Part shown: positions 55,850-64,000 of the stretch, in pieces
Position numbering within the stretch: position 1 is the stretch's first letter
Layout: each line of letters begins with the position of its first letter
From: Candidatus Eiseniibacteriota bacterium
GTDB lineage: Bacteria; Eisenbacteria; RBG-16-71-46; CAZAMP01
Length of the DNA: 64,000 nucleotides
NCBI GenBank assembly: GCA_965224245.1
Contig: OZ245046.1
Location: 1,536,001-1,600,000, forward strand
Direction of reading: 5' to 3'
Position numbers and translations under genes: made by a program
Notes under the pieces: model-generated
The model's input: the letters and a program-made list of their open reading frames with translations, nothing else
Databases searched by the model: none
Told to the model about the DNA's origin: nothing

Positions 55850-57463
55850 ATGGGAGGCGGCCAGATCCGGATCGTGTCGGCGCTGGGGGCGCTTCTGTTC
55901 GTGGTCGGGCTCCTGGTGACGTCGGTCCAGGGGACCGGCTTCACGACGGTCACCAAGATCGTCACCCTGTCGGGGCTCGGTCTGCTCCTCGTGTCGGGGA
56001 TCCTGGCCATCAGCTCGATCGTGGCCATGCTGCGCACGCGACAGGGACGCTACGGCGTGAACGTGCTGACGGGGACCCTGGCGCTGCTCGGCATCCTCGT
56101 CATCGTGAACTTCCTCGGGACCCGCTACTTCAAGCGTGCCGACGTGACCTCGAGCGCCCAGTTCAGCCTCGCGTCGCAGACCGAGCGCATCCTGGCCCGG
56201 GTCGATCGAGACGTGACGCTCTACAACCTCGTGCCGTCCGAGCAATCGGGGGTGATGGTCTACGTCGAGGACCTCGTGACCGAGTACGACGTCGCCTCGA
56301 CCAGAGTCCGCGTCAAGCGGGTCGACCCGTCGCGCGATCCGGGCGCGGTGGAGCGCCTGGGCGTTCGTCGCAACCAGTGGCTGGTCGTGGAGTGCGGCGA
56401 GCGGATGGAGCGTCTCGCCTACGACGACATCACCGAGGAGTCCATCACCAACGCGATCCTGCGCGCGCTGGACCCCGATCGCAAGACGCTCTACGTGCTC
56501 ACCGGCCACGGCGAGCGATCGATCACCGACGAGGAGAGCGCCGGGTACGCGCAGGCGGCGGCGCAGCTCACCGAGCAGAACTTCGCGCTCGCGACGTTGC
56601 GTCTGACCGAGGTGGCCGGCATTCCGGAGGACGCGACCGTGCTCCTGATGCTCTCGCCCCAGACGCCGTACTTCCCCGAAGAGGTCGCGATGCTCGCGGA
56701 CTATCTGGATCGGGGCCGAAACCTCCTCGTGTGCGTGGATCCGGTCGCCTCGGACGGTCGCGCGGTGGATCTGGGTCTCGACGAGCTCCTGGCCACGTAC
56801 GGGGTCCGGCTGGGGACGGGCGCGGTGTACGACGACACGCCGTTCGCCCGGCAGCGGGGCGTCGGCTACTACAAGCCCGTCGCGGTCTCGCCCAACACCG
56901 ACTCCCCGATCACCGAGGGATTCTCGACGCTGTTCACCGTGTTTCCGACGGTTCGTCCCGTCTGGCGAGAAGGCGGCCTCGGGGACGCGGTCGTCCTCGC
57001 CCACACGGCCAAGGGCACGTGGGAAGAGCGCGACTACCTCGTGGCCGAGGGCCCGCCCGTGTTCGACGAGGCGCGCGACCGCCACGGCCCCGTCCCGGTG
57101 GCGTACGCGATCGAGGCGGCCGCCCGCACGCGCGCGCCGCTGGATCCCCTCTCGGATCCCGATGCGAAGCTCGTCGTCCCCGATACGCGCCTGGTCGTGA
57201 TCGGCGACAGCGACTTCGCCGCCAACGCGAACATCGCGATCACCCAGGTCGCCAACCGCGACCTCTTCCTGAACACGATCGCCTGGCTCGCCGAGGAGGA
57301 CGACATCATCGCCGTGCGCCCACGCAGCGTCAAGGAACGGCGGCTGCGGCTGACCGCGGTCACGCGAAACGTCATCCGGATGACCTCGCTGGTGGGGCTG
57401 CCGGTGGGGGTCGTCATCGCGGGCGTGCTCGTCTGGATCGGCCGGCGGAAGCGAGACGTCTGA
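55850..57463 (+). CDS. GldG-like ABC auxiliary protein
   Basis: 'D.T...FSL..QT', 'E..ITNAI', 'LTGHGE', 'RLVVIGDSDF', 'NRDLFLN..AWL'; C-terminal TM. Confidence 0.88.
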   Translation: MGGGQIRIVSALGALLFVVGLLVTSVQGTGFTTVTKIVTLSGLGLLLVSGILAISSIVAMLRTRQGRYGVNVLTGTLALLGILVIVNFLGTRYFKRADVTSSAQFSLASQTERILARVDRDVTLYNLVPSEQSGVMVYVEDLVTEYDVASTRVRVKRVDPSRDPGAVERLGVRRNQWLVVECGERMERLAYDDITEESITNAILRALDPDRKTLYVLTGHGERSITDEESAGYAQAAAQLTEQNFALATLRLTEVAGIPEDATVLLMLSPQTPYFPEEVAMLADYLDRGRNLLVCVDPVASDGRAVDLGLDELLATYGVRLGTGAVYDDTPFARQRGVGYYKPVAVSPNTDSPITEGFSTLFTVFPTVRPVWREGGLGDAVVLAHTAKGTWEERDYLVAEGPPVFDEARDRHGPVPVAYAIEAAARTRAPLDPLSDPDAKLVVPDTRLVVIGDSDFAANANIAITQVANRDLFLNTIAWLAEEDDIIAVRPRSVKERRLRLTAVTRNVIRMTSLVGLPVGVVIAGVLVWIGRRKRDV

Positions 57464-58830
57464 TGCGGGGACGAAGCGCGCTCCTGTTGTGTGTCGTGCT
57501 GGCGGCGCTGGTGGTGTATGTGCTGCGATTCGAGCGCGGCAAGCCCTCCGACGCCGAGGAGGCGGCCCGCTCGCTCGAGCTCTTCCGACTCACGCCCGCG
57601 TTCATCACCCAGATCGCCATCGCGGCCGGCCCCGACTCGGTCCTGTTGCGACGAACCGACGAGGGGCAGTGGATGATGCTCCGGCCGGTCTCCGATCGGG
57701 CGGACAACGACCGGGTCCGGAGCTTCCTCGAGCTCTTCGCTCCTCTCAGCGCGACCGAGCGGGTGGCCGGCGGTCGGGGGCAGGCGATCAAGTACCGCCT
57801 GGACCGTCCCATCGCGGTCGTGTCGTTCACCGAGCCGAGGGGTCACGCTTTCGAGACGAGAACGCTCCGGGTCGGCCGCGAGAACCCCGCGCTCGACGGG
57901 TACTACTGCGAGGCCGCCGGTGACTCGTCCCGGATCGGGCTGGTCGACGCCCGTCTGGTCGAGACCTACCTGCTGCGCGGCATGGACGAGTTCCGCCAGC
58001 GTCACCTCCTGACCTTCCGGGCCGAGGACGTCGTGGAGCTGAGCGTTCAGCACGGCGGCGAGCCCATCGTGATCCGCCGGGACGCCCGGCGCGAGTGGGT
58101 CGTGGTCTCGCCCGAGTGGGCGTGGCCGCGCCAGGGCGTGGTCAACGTCCTCCTGACGCGGTTTCGCGAGCTTCGCAAGGACGCGTTCGTCGACGACCGG
58201 CCGGCGGCGCTGTCCGACTACGGGCTGGACCCGCCGGCGCTGCGCCTGACCGCCGTGCTCGAGGATCAGACCCGGCGCAACGTCCGGGTGGGCCGGCCCA
58301 CTCCCGACGGCGGCTACTTCGCCAACCGGGATCGAGATCCGCGCGTGTTCCAGGTCTCCGACGCCAGCGTCGACGCGCTCGACGTCACGCTCGCCGAGCT
58401 CCGGGCGCCGACCCTGATCGACGCCGCCGCCGATCACGTGACCGGGCTTCGCATCGAGGCGGCGGGCGAGGCCCTCGAGGCCGTCCGCGGACCGGACGGG
58501 GGCTGGACGACGGTGGACGGCGCGGCGCTCGAACGCGCGCCGATGGACGAGGTCCTGGTTGCCTGTCGCGCGCTGCCGATCGAGCGCTACGACGACTCGG
58601 CGGACGCCGCGACGGGCTGGGATCGCCCGGACGCCCGGCTGAACATCCGGCTCGTGGACGGCGACACCCACCAGCTCGTATTCCGGGCCGGACCGCCCGC
58701 CCGGGCGAGGGTCGTCCCGGTCGCGAACGTGGGACAGGCGAGAGCGCCGATGAGCGCCGTGGCCGTGGTGAACGGCGACGTCGTCGAGCGACTGGTCTCG
58801 GTCGCGTCGAGCCCGCCGGAGGCCCCGTGA
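57463..58830 (+). CDS. DUF4340 domain protein
   Basis: N-terminal TM; repeats 'W.M..P....AD', 'YGLDPP'; usual partner of GldAFG-like genes. Confidence 0.8.
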   Translation: MRGRSALLLCVVLAALVVYVLRFERGKPSDAEEAARSLELFRLTPAFITQIAIAAGPDSVLLRRTDEGQWMMLRPVSDRADNDRVRSFLELFAPLSATERVAGGRGQAIKYRLDRPIAVVSFTEPRGHAFETRTLRVGRENPALDGYYCEAAGDSSRIGLVDARLVETYLLRGMDEFRQRHLLTFRAEDVVELSVQHGGEPIVIRRDARREWVVVSPEWAWPRQGVVNVLLTRFRELRKDAFVDDRPAALSDYGLDPPALRLTAVLEDQTRRNVRVGRPTPDGGYFANRDRDPRVFQVSDASVDALDVTLAELRAPTLIDAAADHVTGLRIEAAGEALEAVRGPDGGWTTVDGAALERAPMDEVLVACRALPIERYDDSADAATGWDRPDARLNIRLVDGDTHQLVFRAGPPARARVVPVANVGQARAPMSAVAVVNGDVVERLVSVASSPPEAP

Positions 58831-59189
58831 GCGAGATCCGGGTGATTCTGGTGACCGCTCCCACGAGCGACGACGCGGCGGGACGGCTCGCCCGCGAGAT
58901 CGTCTCTCGACGGCTGGCCGCGTGCGTCAACGTGATTCCCGGAGTACGATCCATCTATCGCTGGCAGGGGGCGGTGTGCGACGACGCCGAGGATCTGCTC
59001 GTCATCAAGACCCGGGCCGAGAACGTCGCCGCCGTCAGCGCACTCATGGACGAGCACCATCCGTACGAGGTCCCGGAGGTGATCGCGTTGCCGGTCGCCG
59101 AAGGGGCGCGAACGTATCTCGACTGGGTGCTGGCGGAGACCGCCGGCGGGGACGACGGCGGAGAAGACGACGGCGTCGAGGACGGATAG
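58827..59189 (+). CDS. cutA: Divalent-cation tolerance protein CutA
   Basis: 'RLAACVN', 'SIYRWQG', 'IKT', 'HPYEVPEVI', 'YLDW'. Confidence 0.95.
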   Translation: MSEIRVILVTAPTSDDAAGRLAREIVSRRLAACVNVIPGVRSIYRWQGAVCDDAEDLLVIKTRAENVAAVSALMDEHHPYEVPEVIALPVAEGARTYLDWVLAETAGGDDGGEDDGVEDG

Positions 59190-59261
59190 GGCAACGGGCC
59201 GCGCACGCGCGCGCATCCAGCCGGCGCCGGACGGCGACCGGAACGCGACGGAGGCATCGCC

Positions 59262-60044
59262 ATGGCCGTGATCACGCTGACCACCGACTTCGGAACGCGT
59301 GACTACTACGTCGGTACGATGAAGGGCGTCATCTACTCGATCACCTCCGAGGCTCGCGTCGTGGACCTCACGCACGAGGTCGACAAGCACGACATCGCCG
59401 AGGCCGCCATCGTCGTCAAGAGCAGCCACAAGTTCTTCCCGGACGGCACCGTGCACGTGGCGGTGGTGGATCCGGGAGTGGGCGGACAGCGCCGACCGAT
59501 CCTGGCCCGGGCCCGGGGCCAGTACTTCATCGGCCCCGACAACGGCATCTTCTCGTACGTGCTCGGGAGCGACTACGAGGCGTGGCTGCTGGAGAACCCG
59601 GCGTACCGACTCGAGGTGGTCAGCGACACGTTCCACGGACGCGACATCTTCGCGCCGGCGGCGGCCCACCTGAGTCTCGGGGTGTCGCCCGATGCGTTCG
59701 GACCCCGGATCGACACGCTCATCGCGCACACGACGCGCCCGCCGTCGGTCTTCACCGACCACATCCACGGCGAGGTCATCCACGTCGACTCGTTCGGCAA
59801 CCTGATCACGAACGTCCCCCGGGAGATCGTCTCGAGCACCGCCGGAGACTACCCGTGCGAGGTGCACCTGAGCGGGCGCGTGATACGCGGCGTGTCCCGC
59901 TCGTACTCCTCGGTCGACCGGGGCACGCTCCTGGCGCTGATCGGAAGCACGGGGTTGCTGGAGATCGCGCTGCGGGACGGCAGCGCGCAGCGAAAGCTGG
60001 GCGTCGGTCGAGGCGATCCGGTCCTCGTGCGTTTCGGGGACTGA
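59262..60044 (+). CDS. DUF62 SAM hydroxide adenosyltransferase (chlorinase/fluorinase superfamily)
   Basis: 'TLTTDFG..D.YV', 'VVDPGVG..RR', 'GPDNG', 'TFHGRDIFAP', 'D.FGNLITN'. Confidence 0.9.
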   Translation: MAVITLTTDFGTRDYYVGTMKGVIYSITSEARVVDLTHEVDKHDIAEAAIVVKSSHKFFPDGTVHVAVVDPGVGGQRRPILARARGQYFIGPDNGIFSYVLGSDYEAWLLENPAYRLEVVSDTFHGRDIFAPAAAHLSLGVSPDAFGPRIDTLIAHTTRPPSVFTDHIHGEVIHVDSFGNLITNVPREIVSSTAGDYPCEVHLSGRVIRGVSRSYSSVDRGTLLALIGSTGLLEIALRDGSAQRKLGVGRGDPVLVRFGD

Positions 60045-60046
60045 CC

Positions 60047-60799
60047 ATGGAACTGACCATCCTCGGATCGGGTTCGGCCCATGCGAGAGCCGATCGCGGC
60101 CAGGCCGGGTACGTCATCCGTGAGGGGGACACCCAGCTCGTGGTCGACCTGGGCTCGGGAACGCTCGGACGTCTCTGTCGCGCCGGCCTGCGAGCCGCCG
60201 ACACCGACGCCATCTGCCTCACGCATGCGCATCCCGACCACGTCTCGGATCTGGTCGCGTTTCTGTTCGAGATGAAGCACACGTCGGATCGGCGGCGGGA
60301 GACGCTCGTCATCCATGCGCCGCCGACGTTCCGCTTCGTCTTCGATGCGCTGATGCAGGGGTTCGGGCAGTACTGCATCGGCGAACGATACGACGTGGAC
60401 GTGAACGAGATCGAGACCGACTCGTTCACGGTGGGAGCGCTCGCGTTGCGGGCGTTTCCGGTCCAGCACCCGGTGCCCGCGATCGGGCTCTCGGTGACGG
60501 GTCCGGACGGACGGACGCTGGCATTGACCGGGGACACGGGTCCTTTCCCCGAGCTCGCGGACGAGATCCGCGGGGCCGACGTCCTCGTCGCGGACTGCAC
60601 GCTCGGTGGGGACCGAGATGAGCTCGGACACCTGAACGCGTACCAGGCCGGTCGCCTGGCCGCCGGCGCGGAGGTCCGGACGCTCGTCCTCTCGCATCTC
60701 TCGCCCGAGGCCGATGCGTCGGATGTGACCTCCGCCGCCCGGAGCGTGTTCGGGGGACAGGTGGCCAAGGCCGCCGATCTCATGTCGCTGACGATCTGA
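60047..60799 (+). CDS. MBL-fold metallo-hydrolase (RNase Z-like)
   Basis: 'ILGSG', 'VDLG.G', 'THAHPDH', 'TGDT', 'HL', 'LSH'. Confidence 0.88.
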   Translation: MELTILGSGSAHARADRGQAGYVIREGDTQLVVDLGSGTLGRLCRAGLRAADTDAICLTHAHPDHVSDLVAFLFEMKHTSDRRRETLVIHAPPTFRFVFDALMQGFGQYCIGERYDVDVNEIETDSFTVGALALRAFPVQHPVPAIGLSVTGPDGRTLALTGDTGPFPELADEIRGADVLVADCTLGGDRDELGHLNAYQAGRLAAGAEVRTLVLSHLSPEADASDVTSAARSVFGGQVAKAADLMSLTI

Positions 60800-60807
60800 G
60801 TCGGTGG

Positions 60808-60837
60808 TTGGCCCACATCAGGAGGCGGGTCTATGCT
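60808..60837 (+). promoter_or_regulatory. Possible promoter TTGGCC-N18-TATGCT
   Basis: Intergenic; same -10 hexamer as at 3103 and 49966. Confidence 0.35.
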
Positions 60838-60888
60838 TCCGGTCCGGTCGCGGGCCGCGATCGGATCGACGAGACCTCAGGAGCCAAC

Positions 60889-61533
60889 GTGAACCGTTCG
60901 ACGTTCGTCCCGCTCGCGCCGGTCGCCTTGCTGGCCGCCGCGCTCTCGCTCGTGGCCCTGACCACGGCGGGTGCGGTGAGCTCCGCCGCGCGCGAGGTCG
61001 CCCTGGTCGACGGCGACGCGCGGTCGGTGCCGTTCGGCGAGCTGCTGGACTCGGCCGCGGACGGCGGAGCGCGGGTTCAGATCGTGCTGTTCTGGTCCCT
61101 GTACGAGCCCCTGTCGCGCCGATCACTCCGATCGCTCGACCTGTACCTGGAGGATGCCGACGACGGGGTCGTCGCGATCGGCGTGGCCATCCCCGAGTAC
61201 CGGGAAGGTCCCGACGCGATCGCGGAGTTCGCCCGGAAGGCCCGCGTGACGTTGCCGATCTACCTCGACCCCGACGGGCGCCTCCTCAGAGCCCTCACAC
61301 GCGAGGCGAGCCCGGAGGAGCGGCCCGCCCCGAGCCCGGCGACCCGATCCGCCGACGCGCGCCCGGAGCTTCCGACCACGGTCGTGCTCGGTCCGGACGG
61401 CGCCGTCGGCGCGCTCCTGACCGGCGAGCACGCGGCCACCCCCGAGGCGCTCGGGGCCGCGATATCGCGTGCGGCGTCACGCACGCGCTCTCACGGAGAC
61501 TCTCGCGTGCGAGAGGACGGAGATCGCCGGTGA
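60889..61533 (+). CDS. Exported thioredoxin-fold (TlpA/redoxin-like) protein lacking cysteines
   Basis: Signal/TM; 'VLFWSLYEPLS' in place of FWAxWCxxC; 'PIYLDPDG', 'LPTTVVLGPDG'. Confidence 0.65.
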   Translation: MNRSTFVPLAPVALLAAALSLVALTTAGAVSSAAREVALVDGDARSVPFGELLDSAADGGARVQIVLFWSLYEPLSRRSLRSLDLYLEDADDGVVAIGVAIPEYREGPDAIAEFARKARVTLPIYLDPDGRLLRALTREASPEERPAPSPATRSADARPELPTTVVLGPDGAVGALLTGEHAATPEALGAAISRAASRTRSHGDSRVREDGDRR

Positions 61534-62042
61534 GTCCTCTGGACGTCGCGCTCCTGGCGGTGATCGGCCTGTCCACGCTGATCGGTGCGTTCCGGGGGCT
61601 CTTGAAGGAGGTCATCGGGGTGGCGGGCATCGTCCTGGCCGCTGTCGCGGCGCGAACCCTGGCTCCTGCGATCGTGAGCGTGCTCGGATACGAGAACTCC
61701 CCCGGCGGTGACGTCGTGGTCATGGTCATCATCTTCGTCGCGGTGCTGGTGGCGGTGGCCGTTCTCGGGTGGGTGCTTCGCCGCGTCTTCGACGCCCTTC
61801 AGCTCGGACCCGTGGATCGCTTCTTCGGAGGGGTGCTGGGGCTCGTCCGGGGCGTCGCCATCACGACCGTCGGGCTCACGCTGCTCGTGCTCTCGGTCGA
61901 TCCCCGCAGCCGCGTGTTCGACGAGTCCGTCGGGCTGCGCTGGCACGCGCCGGGCGTGGAGTGGCTGGGCACGCACCTTCCGCTCGACGGCGCGCGCCGC
62001 TCGTTCGTGGATCGCTGGGAGGTCGTCTCTCCGCGTCGCTGA
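61530..62042 (+). CDS. cvpA: CvpA family membrane protein
   Basis: 'LD.......S..GAFRGLLKEV', 'LGPVDRFFGGVLGLVRG'. Confidence 0.85.
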   Translation: MSPLDVALLAVIGLSTLIGAFRGLLKEVIGVAGIVLAAVAARTLAPAIVSVLGYENSPGGDVVVMVIIFVAVLVAVAVLGWVLRRVFDALQLGPVDRFFGGVLGLVRGVAITTVGLTLLVLSVDPRSRVFDESVGLRWHAPGVEWLGTHLPLDGARRSFVDRWEVVSPRR

Positions 62043-62104
62043 ACCGGGCACGCCCGATCGCGCGAGGGACTCCGCCGTCTCACACGCACCGGAAGGTGCC
62101 CGGG

Positions 62105-63334
62105 TCACGCTCCATCCGAGTCCACGGCCGTGGGGGCGCGGTACAGGCGGCTCTCCCGGTAGCGGTCCGCGATCCGGGTCCACGCCATCTTCGAGATGGC
62201 GGTGAGCGGCACCGCCAGAAGAACGCCCACGAAGCCGAACAGGCTCCCGAACACGATCAGGCCCATCAGGATCGCCACCGGGTGCAGCCCGACCTCGCGC
62301 CCCACGACGCGCGGCGAGATCAGATGTCCCTCCAGCTGCTGGACGAGCACGTAGATCCCGGCGACCCAGCCCAGTGTCGGCCATGCGGGTGCACCGCTGA
62401 ACAGGGTGGTGGCGACGGCCAGGACGAGACTGATCCAGAACCCGATCACCGGGACGAGGTTCAGTGCACCGGTCGCGATGCCCAGCGCGATGGCGTGCGG
62501 GACGTGCGCCACGAACAGGAGCCCGCCGGTCAGGACGCCCGTCACCGCGGACACGGTCAGCTGTCCGCGCACGTAGGCGGCCGTCAGGCCGTCGAGCTCG
62601 GCCAGGAACTCCGAGACGCCGTCGCGCATCGCGATCGGGACGAGCCCGAGCGCGCCCGCGCGCACGCGATCGATGTCGATCAGGAGATACAGCAGCAGCA
62701 CCGGCGTGATGATCAGAAAGCTCACCACGTCGGCGACGGCGCTGACGCCGGTTCCGATCGACGAGGCCCCTTTCAGGAGCGTGTTGCCGAGCGACTCCAG
62801 CCAGCCGGCGAGCTCGGGGATGAAGCCCTCCAGTCGGGACTGGATCTCGCCCGACGGCAGGCGGTCGAGCCACGGCCGGAGCGCGTCGACGCCCTCGGTG
62901 GCCAGGCGTGAGGCGCTGGTGGCCAGCGCGCGGGCGCCATCGAGGGCCGGCCCCACGGCGGCGAGGATCCCCAGCGCGACGACCGCCAGCACCGCGCAGA
63001 GGAGGAGCGTGGCCGTCAGGGGGCGCGGGATCCGGGCGCGCTCGAACCGATCCACGACCGGATCCAGGACGTAGGCGAGGACCAGCGCGACCAGGAAGGG
63101 CCGGAGCACCAGGTAGAGACGGTCCAGCGCCCAGAACGCGACGAGGACGCAGGCCGCGGTCAAGAGCACGAACGCCCAGCGATGGTGGCGGACCGGATAG
63201 GCCACGATGAAGAGTCCCCCGAGCGCAGCGAGCGGTCCGAGGCCCGGGAGAACCGCCGTGACCAGGAACGCGAACAGCACGATCGCGGCGAGCGTCTCGG
63301 CGGGAAACGCGCGCGGCGGCGTCGGGTCGGTCAC
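62105..63334 (-). CDS. AI-2E family transporter
   Basis: 'PFLVALVLAYVLDPVV', 'YVRGQ', 'NLVPVIG', 'QQLEGHLISPRVVG..VGLHP', 'GVLLAVP'; GTG start with AGGAG SD. Confidence 0.92.
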   Translation of the reverse strand: MTDPTPPRAFPAETLAAIVLFAFLVTAVLPGLGPLAALGGLFIVAYPVRHHRWAFVLLTAACVLVAFWALDRLYLVLRPFLVALVLAYVLDPVVDRFERARIPRPLTATLLLCAVLAVVALGILAAVGPALDGARALATSASRLATEGVDALRPWLDRLPSGEIQSRLEGFIPELAGWLESLGNTLLKGASSIGTGVSAVADVVSFLIITPVLLLYLLIDIDRVRAGALGLVPIAMRDGVSEFLAELDGLTAAYVRGQLTVSAVTGVLTGGLLFVAHVPHAIALGIATGALNLVPVIGFWISLVLAVATTLFSGAPAWPTLGWVAGIYVLVQQLEGHLISPRVVGREVGLHPVAILMGLIVFGSLFGFVGVLLAVPLTAISKMAWTRIADRYRESRLYRAPTAVDSDGA

Positions 63335-64000
63335 GGGCTGGCTCCTCTCTGGCTGAGCATCAGGACTTGAACGATGCGAAACACCAGCGATACACCCACC
63401 GGCACGAACAGCGCATCTCGAAACCGGCAGCGATAGAAGACCGAGCCACCGAGCGCCAGGACTCCCAGCCACCAGAAGTTGATCGGCGACACCCACGCCG
63501 CGAGGAGCCCGGCGGTGCCCGAGGGCGGCAGGTCGAGAAGCGTGGCCAGGCTGGGGCCCGCCTCGCCCCAGCCCATGAGGCCGCTGACCAGGAGACCCGC
63601 GACGTTCACCAGATCGCGTGCGCCACGAGGCTCATGTGATGCTCGAAGCGCACCGGCGGATCGGCGGCGCCGTGATGCTGCTGTGCGCTCACGTGGAGTA
63701 GCCCGGCCCACCCCACGAGGGCCACGATCCATCCGATCGAGACGATCCCGTGGATGGCCGCGCGGGTGAGCCCCGGATGGCGCTCGACCCACTCGGTGGC
63801 CGCCTGTCGCTCCCCGCCGACCCCGCGCGCCCCGTCGGAAAGCTCTTCCAGTGATGTCTGAAAGCGATCGCGGAACATGAAGACGGCAATCAGGTTCCAG
63901 GCCATAAGAGATGCCACGATCGGGACCCGGACGGTCGGACGCGCCCGAATCTCCCGCACGAGTGTGTGCGGGTGCAGGAACACCGCGATCAGGCGCGCGA
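63331..64000 (-). pseudogene. Yip1-like membrane protein interrupted by a frameshift near 63606-63620 (5' end outside window)
   Basis: N-half frame (63606-63983) stops at 'VAHAIW*'; C-half ('LVNVAG...PINFWWLGVLALG') continues in another frame and ends in a GTGA overlap with the AI-2E gene. Confidence 0.6.

Noticed and set aside
54070-58830. Gliding-motility machinery or TagST equivalent
   Set aside because: GldAFG-like plus DUF4340 cassettes are widespread; no other motility genes, and separated from the T6SS by unrelated genes
59262-60044. Fluorinase/chlorinase
   Set aside because: Retains the Asp-Arg-His pattern of DUF62 SAM hydrolases ('DPGVG..RR', 'TFHGRD') and has housekeeping context

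Overview
Very GC-rich bacterial DNA with diderm features (outer-membrane beta-barrels, lipoproteins). No rRNA, tRNA, CRISPR array or transposase was recognised. The centre (~13.5-43.4 kb) is a type VI secretion system with all 13 core genes (tssJKLM, tssA, tssB, two tssC, tssEFG, clpV, hcp, vgrG) plus tagF and tagJ. It is followed by a vgrG1b/tse7-type spike module (DUF6484, TIGR02270, stand-alone PAAR-like DUF4150, DUF2169, PRK06147-like), a free AHH nuclease with two putative immunity genes, and a TssB-TssC fusion. The most unusual part is its apparent phospho-regulatory apparatus: no intact Fha/TagH and no phosphatase in the window. Instead there is a TagH C-terminal-like protein without an FHA domain, a divergent Zn-ribbon/ETTS/FHA (GarA-like) gene with a probable CTG start, a degenerate FHA-like partner, a Cys-rich pseudokinase-like protein heading the operon, and a membrane Ser/Thr kinase with a beta-barrel and a lipoprotein at each end of the cluster. 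The left end has polysaccharide genes. The right end has a LysM lytic transglycosylase, a probable tetrahydrobiopterin operon (PTPS-II, folE, sepiapterin-reductase-like SDR), wecB, OSBS/NSAR, a Gld-like ABC system, cutA, DUF62, an MBL hydrolase, a Cys-less redoxin, cvpA, an AI-2E transporter and a frameshifted Yip1-like gene. All family calls come from recalled motifs and gene order; no searches were run.
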